Positions 1-23,716 are shown, counted from the first letter of the stretch. The stretch: 64,000 nucleotides of DNA from Salpingoeca rosetta (GCA_033442325.1 JAWQFM010000013.1:1086885-1150884), one strand, 5' to 3'. Numbers and translations: made by a program. The notes: generated by a model from the letters alone, not told the origin.

Positions 1-3195
<3,195 letters not shown>

Positions 3196-3700
3196 GACGA
3201 GATGACCGCTTGTTCGTTCGTGTGTGTCGTGTGTATGTGAGTGAGTGTATCTTTAGTATCTTTGTGAGAGTGTTTGTGTTTGTTTGGTCGCCGTCTTGGT
3301 CGTTGCCGATCAACAGGGTTCAAGGGAGCGGGAAGGAAGAGCACAAGCAAACAAATGAAAGAGGCTCGTCTCTCAAACAAGCAAGCACACACACTCTCTT
3401 TGCCTTTTCCGCAAACACACAGAACAAAGAACAAAGACCACACTCATCGCGTGTGCAAATCGCACAAGCGCACTTCCTTGCCGCGCTTGTTGACATTGTT
3501 GTTTTGCACCCCTCAACACACACACACAACACACGCTGAGCCTACATGGGCAAGGGCCAAAGGTTTGAGGCGACGCGAAGCGGGGCATACCACGCGTTCT
3601 CGGGACGCGCTCGGGACGTTCGATTTCAAGGTTCGCACGAAACGAAAAAACCGCCGGCGTTTTGCATTTCAATCATATGTGGTGTCGTGAGCGGTGGGTG

Positions 3701-3721
3701 TTTTGGCGGGAAACGTTCAAA
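3701..3721. promoter_or_regulatory. Candidate E2F site with adjacent CHR-like element
   Basis: TTTTGGCGGGAAA (reverse complement TTTCCCGCCAAAA, E2F consensus) is followed 2 nt later by TTCAAA (fits the TTYRAA LIN54/CHR-type motif). It lies in the divergent intergenic region just upstream of the M1AP-like gene. Confidence 0.45.
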
Positions 3722-3893
3722 CAGGGTGCTTTGCAGTCGTGGCGCTCTTGCTTCTTGATGGTGGTGCTGTGAGTTGTACACCTCTACACCTTGTACACAC
3801 CTTGTACACACCTTGTACACCTTGTACACCTGTGTCTGCCTTTGCAATGCTCGCTGCTTTCTTGCTTTGCAGCTCAGTTTGTGTTGACATGAG

Positions 3894-4750
3894 ATGGCTT
3901 TCACACGTGTTAAAGCACTTTTAACCTCACCAACAAGATTGCTTGTTGTTCTCGACCTTAATGTGTCATCATCATGGCATCTGCTCGCACAGTTGTGTTT
4001 GTGTCCTCCCCATTGCAGCAGCAGACATCGGCTGCGTGGTTTGTGCAGGCGCTTGCAGAGCTCAAGAACGTCATCAAGCTCCACGCATGGTGGCAGAGCG
4101 CCTGTTTTTGGCAGTTCTCCTCAAACGGCAAAACAAGCACGTGCGTGTGGACAGAGAGGGAGAGAGAGAGTGTGTGTGTGGGCGTGTGTGTGAGAGTGTG
4201 TGCGTGTGTGAGCGTGTGTGCGTGTGTGAGAGTGTGTGAGCGTGTGTGCGTGTGTGAGAGTGTGTGCGTGAGGGTGCGAGAGAGAGAGACAGAGTGTGTG
4301 AGAGTGCGTGCGTGTGTGCGTGTGATGGCTGCTTGCTTGCTTGCGTGGATCATGTGGGCGACGGCGCAGCCGTGCACGTGAGAATGTGTGTTGTGTGTTG
4401 ATTCCAATCAAGGAATGCAGCAAAGATGTGCCTTTCCACCCGCTTTGCTCACCGAGTCAAGCCCTCTCCCCCCTTCTCTTTCCCTGTCGGCCACGTTGCT
4501 GCGCAGCGGTTGGTTGTCATCTGACGAAGCTGTCGATGTGCTGACGCGCATCACAGAACTCGATCACAGCAGCTGGGCACACTTTCCCGCGCTTCACACA
4601 TCGCCAACTCTTGTTCCTGCATCCATCGAGGCGTTTAGCAAGTGCGTGCTCCTATCAGACTTGTGTTGCCATTGCACACCTGTTTGCAAATCCACTCCTG
4701 TTCCCCAGGCATACGCTGCTCTCGGATTCAGCAACAAAAGAATCCCCAGT

Positions 4751-4798
<48 letters not shown>

Positions 4799-5005
4799 GT
4801 ACTTCCGTACTACCCTACCACCTCTTCATTGATAACTTCTTCCGCGACACATTTGCACAGCTTGTACGTGTTTGCAGACACTCTTCAGCAGCATGTACAA
4901 CAAGTTGCTTCGAGTGCGCTAACGGCTCTGGAGTAAGTGCCGACGTGGTGCTCGCCTTCGTCCTGTGCAGTGTCACGAATTGTTCCCATCCCTCATCCCC
5001 CCTAA

Positions 5006-5100
<95 letters not shown>

Positions 5101-7394
5101 GAGCCGGAGCAGAGCGAGCTGGTGCTGCTCCATGCTGAAGGCTCAAACGTGGCTGCGCTGATTGCGGAGGATGCTGGTGGTACTGGTATGGACACGGACG
5201 GAGACTTGACGCTCCCAGAGGACTTTGCGGTCAAGCACGTCGCCGCGTCCAGACACACGCTCAGCATGTTCTTTCGGCAGTGGTGGCAGCCATCGTCGGC
5301 GCTGGCCCACCGCCAGGCCTGTATCACCCTTGCCAACGAGGTTCAGGTCCAATGCGACCTCCAGCCAGTCGTGTTGGATCCGGTCGCCAACATCCCGGGC
5401 CCATATGGCGCCCACTTCCAGGTTTGCCAGTCGTGTATGTGTGTGTGTGTGTGTGTACTCACATGTACATGTGTGTGTGTGTGTACATGTGTACATGTGT
5501 ACATGTGTACATGCGAGTGCAAGCCATGAAGCAAGCATGCAGCACCCCTATTTGCACACCCAGACTCTGCTCACGGTGTGCACGCCTTCACGTGACCCCC
5601 ACACCTCCTGTCACCCCTCTCAAACACGCAAATGCTGCGTGCCAGTTGTCCATGAAACCGCGCCGCATGCGCGCGCACGCGCTCGTGGATGACGCGGCTG
5701 CAAGCGAGCCGGCCGACCTCCAGTTTGTGGCGCGTGCACAGGTCGCCAGCGTCACCTCCGCCTTGGTTGGTGTTGTTGTTGTGGTTGGCTGGACTCCACT
5801 GCTGCTCGTGCTGTCCTCCCCTCTTGCCGTTCTCTCTCGCTGCGTCTTGATGTGCCTACGTGCAAGCCGCACACCATTTCCGTGCCGACTCACATCAACA
5901 CACCGGCCGCAGCTGTTTGGGACCACATTTATCCTGAAGCCCACAACCCTCCCCAGCCTCTCGTGGGTGAAGCTGAAGGAGCACAGCCAGCGCTTTGAGG
6001 CTCTCGCCCGCAGGCTGCAAACAGAAGTGAGTCGGGTGCAAATAGAAGACGCTGGTCGGTGGCGCACGGCGCTTGTCACGCTCTGTCACCATCATCCAAC
6101 GCCATGCAGGCACATTTGCGTCGGCACCCCATCCAAACATGCTCACATTATGCATCCGCCTTTCATCCACTACAGGGCACAAAGCTGGTGTTGGAGAAGC
6201 AGTGCGACTTTGGTCTTGCATCCTACTTTGTCGTGTTCCCTGCCGTCGAACCGTCACACCTGTCGTCATCATCGCAGCCACCCCCGCCGGTGCTCTGGCT
6301 CAAGGTGTCGTGAGCGCTCATGTGTTGTGTGCGTGTGTGTTGTGTGCGAGTGTGTCGTGTGCGTGTGTGTCGTGAGCGCTCATATGTGTGTGTGTGTTGT
6401 GTTGCGTGCGTGTGTGTTGTGTTGTGTGTGTGTGTGCGTGCGTGTATGTTGTGTGTTGTGTATGTTGTGTGTTGTTTGGTGTCTCTCTGCTTGCGTGTGT
6501 TGTGTGCATGCCTGCCCATCCTTGTACTTGCCTGACTTCCTGCCTTCCTGCGTCTCGCCAAACTAATCTCCACCCTCACCCTTTGACCAACTCCCACAAG
6601 GCCGTGGCTAGCCGGGAGCTGATGAACCACGTAGACACGGCATGGGGCATTGATCCAACCGACACACAGCAGCAACAGGACACGGCCATCGCCTCAGCCA
6701 TACACACCGCTCTCACAGAGGTGATGACAGTGGTGTTGGAATCGCGTGTCGGATGTTTTCACACGCAATTCGTAACGCTTTGTATTTCAACACACACACA
6801 CACACACATGGACGTGCAGGTGCCGAGCCTCGGACGGTTCAACCCGCTTGACTTTGAGTCGCACCTGTTTGCGGCGCTGCCGTCTGGTCCGCGGAGGTCG
6901 AGTGGGCACGCAAGCACAGCGAAGCGGCGAAGCGACGATCACGCCAACCACAGCAGCGTCGACCACGACATCTCTGTCAGCGGCAGCACAGACAGCACAA
7001 CCACCACCAGTAGCAGCAAGGGCGGCGGTGGCAGTGGCAGGAGTGGCCACAGCGCCAGCAGTAGCAAGGCCCAGTCATCGTCGTCATCATCACGCGCAGT
7101 ACCGTCCCAGCGCCGCAGCCGCCGCACGCGCAGATCAAAGAGGTTGGAAGTGTGTGCGTGTGTGTGTATGTGTGTGTGAAAATGTGTGAGTGAGTGTGTG
7201 CGTGTGTGTGTGTGTGCGTGTGTGTGTGTGTGTGCGTGTTGTGTGTGCGTGTGTGTGTTGTGAAGTTCCTTTCGCTTGTGTGCTGGTCACTGTGCTTGAC
7301 GCATGCACCTCTCGCCCCCCCCTCATACCCTGCCTCTCTCCACCTCAGTGCCAAGCAGACCATGCTTCCTTTCCTGGACTCAACCGCGCTGTGA
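3894..7394 (+). CDS. M1AP: Meiosis 1 arrest protein (M1AP) homologue, multi-exon; start may be 3758
   Basis: Spliced blocks PTRLLVVLDL, TLSMFFRQWW, VQCDLQPVVLDP, LFGTTFILKPTTLPSLSWVKLKEHSQRFEALARRL, LWLK|AVASRELM and FNPLDFESHLF are collinear with human M1AP blocks as I recall them: PPRLLIVHI, SMEIFFKAWL, LKCDLQERLLCP, YGLPFILRPTSCWQLDWDELETNQQHFHALCHSL, LLVKAVATRELM, YNPLHVQSHLY. The last exon ends QTMLPFLDSTAL* at 7394. Confidence 0.85.
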
Positions 7395-7616
7395 GCAGTG
7401 AGCACGCCGTGTTCATGAAACCCTTTGTTTGCGGGTGTACTTGTTGTAGATTCTGTGTACAAGGGAGTGAACGAAGCCAAGCCTACAGTCGAGCGAAGAA
7501 GAAAGACAAGGGAGAGAAAGGGCGAGATGATAGCGGCAATACGTACTGACAGGAAACAGACAACCAGCCTGCCAGCCAGACAGACGGACAGGTAGATGGG
7601 CAGGTAGAGGGTTGAT

Positions 7617-7718
<102 letters not shown>

Positions 7719-7843
7719 CTCACAGACAGACACACAGACACTGACGCGCCAACACATACACAACTCACAGACAGACAGACACACACACACACACACCAAC
7801 ACACCAACACATACATACACACACACAGAGCGAAAGGCCGTAG

Positions 7844-8958
7844 TTATGACGCGTTGTCGCCAAAGCGACGAAGGCACTGCTTGATGGCAGCGCTGCGGGA
7901 AGCGGAGGCCGACGCCAGCGCGCGCTTGATCTGCGTATCCAAGGGGTCGCCCGTGCTGTACCCAAACTGGTACATGTACGAGTCTGGGTTGACGCGCTCA
8001 GCGTCCTCCTGCGTAAGGCCCACGTCGGTGCCCCACCACCCGCCAGGGAAGAAGTAGAAGGTCGGGAACACCGTCTTGGGCACGCCGCGCAGTGCAGCGG
8101 TGGCAAAGTCTGGCCCCGTCGCCTCCCAGCGGGCCACACCCTGTGTGAAGCGGAGGTCCCGGTACACGCGGCCCAGCGTGCGGACCACGTGCGCCATCGC
8201 GGGGTGGTGCTGTGCGCACCCAATAACACCCACCGCCAGGATGGGCGTGACCGTGCTCGGCGCCGTCATCTTGCCTGGCCGCACCTCCTCACCGAAGAAG
8301 AGCCCTGTCTGTGACGCCTGCTGTAGCAGCGGATCCAGCGACTTGCCGTTGATCCACATGCTGTCTGCGTCGATGAAGACGCCCCCATACCGATATAAGA
8401 TCTCGTAGCGGGCAATGTCTGCCTTGTTTGCCGGGTGCGGCTCCAGTGCGAAGATGTCGCTGTTCTCCAGGTGTAGCGCCTCAATGTCCTCCGTGCGCCA
8501 CAGCCGGTATGTCCACTCCGGGTTGGCTTGAACATAATCGTGCATCCACGCCGCCATCCACTGGCACGGCGCCTGGTTGTTGCCCAGCCAGATCTGGTGG
8601 ATCGTCTTCGGGATCGTCGTGTCTGCAGCGGCGTTGTGTGTGTGTGTGTGTGTGTGTGTGCGCGTGTGTGTGTACGGATGAGGTAAAGGCGAGGGCAACC
8701 GCAGGGATGGAAGAAGGGTGAGTAGCAGATGGAGAGATGAAGCTCGGCAGTGCGGGAAAAGACGGAGGCAGACGCAAGAACAGATCAGTCACGCACACAC
8801 ACACACAGACAGACACAGCAGGAAGAGACACATAGACACACAGACACACACACACACACAGACACACACACACACACAGACACAGACACACACACACACA
8901 CAGACAGACACAGCAGGAAGAGACACATAGACACACAGACACACACACACACACACAG

Positions 8959-9028
<70 letters not shown>

Positions 9029-9347
9029 AGACACAGACAGACACAGACAGACACAGACACACACGCACACACGCACACATCCACACACACACATCCACAC
9101 ACACACNNNNNNNNNNNNNNNNNNNNNNNNNNNNNNNNNNNNNNNNNNNNNNNNNNNNNNNNNNNNNNNNNNNNNNNNNNNNNNNNNNNNNNNNNNNNNN
9201 NNNNNNGTCATCGTTGTTGTTGCTGACGCGAGTTTTTGCGGACGTTGCAAACAGCCAACAACAGCAAGAACCACAGCAAAGCAACAGCGTTGCCACCACA
9301 CGCACACGCACACTGGTGTTGTTGTTCCCCACTTTCCACGTCGTCAT
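7844..9347 (-). CDS. DXD-motif glycosyltransferase (GT32-type, Och1/Sur1/A4GALT-like), type II membrane protein
   Basis: Exon 1 from ATG 9347 carries a hydrophobic anchor ([20 protein letters not shown]) and runs into an N gap. The catalytic exon ~8623-7844 has [42 protein letters not shown] and ATGP. Confidence 0.88.
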
Positions 9348-9443
9348 CTGTCACCTTCTTGCTTGCTCGTTCGGTCTGTCTTTCCGACGACTGGTCAACC
9401 GGACCTCCTTCGTCGTGCAGAGTGCATTCAGCAACAACCAGCG

Positions 9444-12135
<2,692 letters not shown>

Positions 12136-12210
12136 CCGTAACAAGCAGCAACCATAACAAACTATCACCTTCTGTCGTCTGTTGCTGTCTAGTGTCTGTT
12201 GCTGTCTGTC

Positions 12211-12351
<141 letters not shown>

Positions 12352-12634
12352 CGTCGTCGTCGTCCTCATCGTCTCCTTTTGTTCTTTGTCTTGTCTTGTG
12401 GCTTGCGTATGTCTTCGCACACAAAGCAGCGCACAACCCCTTCCCTGCGTTGCTTGTGCCTGCGAGCGAGGGTGCGCCTGTTCTCTCTCTCTCTCTTTTG
12501 TGTTATTGCGTTCCACCGTGTGTGTGCTTGCTCGCTTTCACGTCTTCATTCGTTGTCGATACTCTCCCGTGCTTAATGGCTGTACGAATTCATAGCAGCG
12601 GGGAAGAGGGGGATGGAAGGAAGAAGGCGTGTGC

Positions 12635-12665
<31 letters not shown>

Positions 12666-12858
12666 CATGTGTGTACGCGTGTGCGTGTGTGCGTGTGTGC
12701 GTGTGTGCGTGTGTGCGTGAATGCTGTCCAAACACACACACACAGACACACACACACGCACACACACACACACACAGACACACACACACACACACACACA
12801 AGCTAAATTGTGCGGGAAGTTTAATTTTCCGCACACACACGCGACCACAAGCGTCAAG

Positions 12859-18504
<5,646 letters not shown>

Positions 18505-18525
18505 TTAGTTGCCTTGTGTGTGTGT

Positions 18526-18586
<61 letters not shown>

Positions 18587-19200
18587 GTTGTTGTGTGTGT
18601 GTGCATCACCGCTCGCAACGCCGTCCGCCACCTTGTGTTTACCTGTATAGCCTTAAATCCTGGGGAGAACAATCACAAAAGCCCAGCACTCACTTTACAA
18701 GAACCATCCTGTCTCCCGGGCTTTTGGTTGTCGTTTAGCCCTAGGCAAAGGCCCAAGTGTGTGTGTGTGTGTGTGTGTGTACTTGTGTGTGTGTGTGTGT
18801 GTACTTGTGTGTGTGTGTGTGTACTTGTGTGTGTGTGCGTGTACTTGTGTGTGTGTGTGTGTACTTGTGTGTGTGTTTTTCCACATGTTGTTCTGTGCTT
18901 GCTTGTTTTTGTGTTTGTGCATTTCGTCCGTGTTTGTTGTTTTGCTTCTGTTTGGTGCCTTTAGTTTAGAGAGTGACGGCGTTGCCACGGGTCTTGAGTA
19001 CACCTTCGTCCGCGCATGCAAATGCATTATATGGATGCGATGGAGTGTGCGCCAACCAACCAGTGCACCACAGCCACAGTTCAACTGCTACTGCAGTTTG
19101 TGCTGTTGTTTTATGCTCCAAAACATGTTGAGCTGAAAAATCAGCGGAGCGAAAAGAATGTGGGTTTTCTGCGAAGAATTAGGGGCGAAGACGACGTTTG

Positions 19201-19236
<36 letters not shown>

Positions 19237-19448
19237 TTGTGGGAAGAAACCAAGAGGGCAACAAGGTGCAGCAGCGTGGGGACTGTCTGGGTGGTTGTGC
19301 GATTGGACGGTGCGCGAGTGTGTGTGTGACGTGAAGAGCGTGGCTGGTGGCTGGTGCAGAGGAAGCAACAAGGAGAAGCAAGCAAGCAAGAAAGGAAGAG
19401 CCAAGTGCAGTTGTGAGCGGCAAGCAAGCAAGCGACAAGGAGCGAAAA

Positions 19449-20137
19449 ATGGACTACACAGGCCGATCCCAGGGTGGTGGCTACTATGGCCGTCCCCAGT
19501 ACCAAGGTCCCCCTGGCCATCACCCGCACGCGCACCCTCATGCGCGCCATCAGGTGCCCCACGGCGGCTACCCCAGTAAGTTTTTTTGTTTTTGTTTTTT
19601 GTGACCAACCAACCCAGCCAGCTCATGGCGTGAGATAGGCTGTTGCCGCGCGCGCGCGCGTGTGTGTGTGTGTGCGTGCGTGCTGAGCCAAAGTGCGTGC
19701 ACAGCTTGCTGCACTCAGCCAGCACCACTGAAAAGAGTGTGTTCTTTGTGGCTGGTTGTTGTGGATGGCTGTGTGTGTGTTTTGCTGTATGGGTGTTTGA
19801 TAGATCGGCCTGGGCTGTGTGCAACGACCCCACCCTGCTGTCTTTTTCACATATGGCACACTTTGACCTCCCTTGCCCCTCTCTTCCTCTCCTGCTTGCC
19901 TTGCCTCGCTTTGCCTTGCCTTGCTTGCCTGCCCTGATGTTGTGTGCCACGTGCACCCACGTGCATCCCCACCTTGTGTGTTTGTCTTCCCACCACACCA
20001 CCACACCACACCATGTGATGTTGCGTGGTGATGGGGTGTAGTGCGCCCAAGACGAGGTGGTGGTGATATTTGGAGGGGATGTTGGGGGGTTTGGGCTGGG
20101 ACTGATGTTGTGTGCGGTGTATCGTGTGTGAGATGTA

Positions 20138-20175
<38 letters not shown>

Positions 20176-22092
20176 TGTATCGTGTGTGTGTGTGTGTGCA
20201 GGTGTGTGTGTGCAGGTGTGTGTGTGTGTGTGTGCAGGGTCTGATGTGCACGAGTTTGCGAGATGCTCTTCGCCCAAGATACTGACCCTCTCTTCCATTC
20301 TCTTCCATTCTTTGACCCACCCCCCCCCCTCTCTCTCTCTCTCTCACACCGCGCTCTCCCCCACACTGCCTCACCCAAGTGCCACATGGCGGTCCTCGTC
20401 CCGTGCGCCAGAACCAGCCGTGCGTTGACACCTTTGCTTGCGTACTTTTGTATTGACGTGGAACATGGGCGCCCGCTGTGGTTGGTCAGCGTCAGCGAAC
20501 CGCCTTGCTTACACGTGCTGCTCGTTGATGCATCAGGGGCACGAGCGTGTACGTTGGCAACCTGTCCTGGTCCACGACCTGGCCTCGCCTGAAGGAGTTC
20601 ATGAGCGAGATTGGCCACGTGGCCTTTGCCGATGTCCTGCGTGACATGAACGGCCGCTCCAAGGGCTGCGGCATTGTCGTCTTTGGTGACGTCGAGACTG
20701 CCAACCGCGGTGCGTGTTCATGCATGGCATGCATGCGCTGTGTTGTGTTTTGATGACGGAGGCGGTGGTGTTGGTGACGCTTTTGTCTCTGCTGCTACTG
20801 CGCAGCTGTTACAGTTGTTGCTGTTGTTGCTGTTGTTGTTGCTGTTGATATTGTTGATATTGAACGCTGCGTGTGTCATGGGCGCGTCGGGATTTCGCAA
20901 GGCCCCACACCACAGCATGTCATACTCATGTACATCCCTTGTTGTGCTTGTTTGTGAACATGCGTTGAAACAGCCATTGCCGAGATGTCTGGCCGCGAGC
21001 TTGATGGCCGCCAGATCATGGTCCGCGAGGACCGTGAGGCCCACCGCTTTCCCCGCCGGTCCGTGCGCGCGCGCGCGTGTGTGTGTTTCTGCTGTGTTCA
21101 CGTGATGAGCTTGCGTTGTGTGGTTGTTTGTGTTCATGTGATGAGCTTGCGTTGTGTGCGTGTGTGTGTTCATGTGATGAGCTTGCGTTGTGTGCGCACG
21201 TGCTTTTGTGCTGTATTCACGTGATGTGATTTGCTTGCGTTCCTTTGTATGCTGTGCACGCTGTGTTTGCCTGACGTTATTTGTCTGCTGATCATGTTTG
21301 GCGACGTTGATCCCGTTTGACAATCTCTGCCATGTCCCCTCACCGCCTACTCGGCTCTACTCTGCACTGCTCCGCTGCTCCGCTTCTTCAGGTCTGCCCG
21401 CCCGCCTGCGCCCATGCACCGCCCGTCCACCAACTACACCGCCACCTTTTCTGGAGAGATGTAAGAAGTTCTGGATTTGCGCTGCTGGTGGGGGTGGAAT
21501 CAGAGTCTGCTTCACCATGGCAACTCCCGCCCGCGTCTTTTGTTACATCATTGCTGCTGAATCTCAGAACGACGATGCACCCGCCTTTTCACTGCACTCG
21601 TTCCCCCGACTCCCATGCTGTGTGTGCGAACAAGACACAAGTCATACCCCTGATGTCTCACAACACACCATCACGCAACCGTTGCTCGCGCGTGCAGGGG
21701 TTCGACGGTGTACGTTGGCGGCCTGCCGTACTCCATGACGTGGCAGCACCTCAAGGACCTGATGCGCAAGGCCGGTCCTGTTGAGCACGTTGAGGTCATG
21801 TACGACGGCAACGGCATGTCCAAGGGTTGCGGTCTCGTCCGCTTCGCCACCGCCGAGGACGCCCAGAACGGTTCGTCAGAGAGAGAGATATAGAGTCTGT
21901 GTGTGTGTGTGTGTGTTTGTTTGTTTGTTTGTTTGTGTCGGGGTGTGTTTGTTTGTGTGTTTGTGTGTGTGTGTGTGTCTGTCTGTCTGTCTCTCTGTCT
22001 GCCTGCCTGTCTGTCTGTCTGTCTCTCTATGTCTCTCTGTCTCTATGTCTCTCTGTCTCTCTCTGTCTCTCTGTCTCTGTCTCTGTCTCTCC

Positions 22093-22153
<61 letters not shown>

Positions 22154-23348
22154 GTCTCTCTCTCTCTCTCTGTCTCTCTCTCTCTCTTTTTGTCTCTGTT
22201 TTTTTCTCTAAGTCTCTCTCTCTCTCTGTGAGTGCCCCTTTTGCTTGCTCTCTCTCCCTCCCACCCNNNNNNNNNNNNNNNNNNNNNNNNNNNNNNNNNN
22301 NNNNNNNNNNNNNNNNNNNNNNNNNNNNNNNNNNNNNNNNNNNNNNNNNNNNNNNNNNNNNNNNNNGTCTCTCTCTCTCTCTCTGTCTCTCTCTCTCTCT
22401 CTCTGTCTCTGTCTCTCTCTCTGTCTCTCTCTCTCTCTCTGTGTCTGTCTCTTTTGCTTGCTCTCCCTCCCTCCCTCCCTCCCTCCCCCCCTCTCCCCCT
22501 CCCTGCCTCTCTGCCCTCTCTTTCTTGCCCCCCCCCACACACTCTCTCTTCTCTTTCCTTCTGTACCCGTCTGTCCTTCTCTGTTACAGTTGCATTCTCA
22601 CACCGCCAACCCACTTCGCCTGCCCCTCCCTTGCGCCAACAGCCATCCGCATGTTCAACGAGCAGCCCCTTGACGGCCGCAACCTGCTTGTCCGCGTCGA
22701 TGCCGAGGCCGACAAGTACCGCAGGTGCGTACAAGCTCATACATGTGTGCACACTTCACGTGACACAAACGTCACACGCTATCACACGCACACACTGCCA
22801 CGTTCACCTGTGTACGCGTGGATGCACGTGGATGCGCACGCTACCACACGCACACACACCCACACACTGCCACGTTCACCTGTGTGCATGTGGAAGCGCG
22901 TGTGCACACACAACACATCCTTACACACAAGTCCTCACCCCCTCACACATTCACGCTCTGACCGACCCTCACTGACAGGGGCGTGAGCGTGCACGTTGGC
23001 AACCTCCCGTGGGAGGTGACGTGGAGGGAGCTCAAGGACCTGATGCGCCCTGCCGGCGAGGTGATCCACGCCGAGGTGATGCACGACAACAACGGCCTGT
23101 CCCGCGGCTGGGGCATTGTGCGCTTTGTGTCTGCGGACGGCGCCAACGCGGCGATTGAGCAGTTCAACGAGTTTGAGTGGCTGGGCCGCAGCATCACGGT
23201 GCGCCTGGACCGCCGCGAGGCCGAGCGCAAGAAGAAGGAGGCGACGGCTGGCGACGCTGGCGAGGGCGAGGACGCCGGCGACGATGCTGGTGACGACGCG
23301 ACCAACGCCGATGACGACGACGAGGCCGATGCCGAGGAGGCCGAGTAA
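19449..23348 (+). CDS. Three-RRM RNA-binding protein of the Gbp2/Hrb1/hnRNP M/MYEF2 family
   Basis: RRMs: VYVGNLSWSTTWPRLKEFM...GRSKGCGIVVF, VYVGGLPYSMTWQHLKDLM...SKGCGLVRF, and VHVGNLPWEVTWRELKDLM...SRGWGIVRF. The [ST]WxxLKD signature and LDGRQIMVREDRE are present. Small exons 20380-20419 and 21391-21460 restore the frame. Confidence 0.92.
21093..21242 (+). repeat. 36-bp intronic tandem repeat (3 copies plus 1 degenerate)
   Basis: Unit TGTGTTCAYGTGATGAGCTTGCGTTGTGTG... starts at 21093, 21129 and 21165, with a degenerate copy near 21212. Confidence 0.85.
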
Positions 23349-23533
23349 CCATCTTCACCCACCTGCCGTAGCAGCCATCATGCACCAAGCCTGCGGTTGT
23401 GCATGTGCGTTGAATTTGTTGTTGTTGTTGTTGTCTGGCGTGTTTGTTGGGGAAGGAATAGACGCACCCCCGAAAGCAGTTGCTTGCTTGCGCTTGTGTG
23501 CCTCCTTCCCCTTGTCCTCATTGTGGAGTTGTT

Positions 23534-23575
<42 letters not shown>

Positions 23576-23716
23576 GCTCTTCCATCTTTGACTTTGCCCG
23601 TAAACTTTTTTTCTTCTCAGCAATGATTGATGAGATGGTGACCATTGGACATGCTGTCAATGTGAGCCGGCTGGAGCTTCCGTTGCGTTGCCGGCGGTGT
23701 TTGCGGACCTGAGTTG

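Noticed and set aside
3592-3642. Yeast MCB (ACGCGT) and SCB (CACGAAA) boxes
   Set aside because: These short motifs are expected by chance, and SBF/MBF factors are fungal. Only the longer E2F match was kept.
8803-8946. About 45-bp segment repeated at 95-bp spacing in the glycosyltransferase intron
   Set aside because: It is a slippage duplication inside an AC-rich microsatellite next to a gap, with no sign of function.
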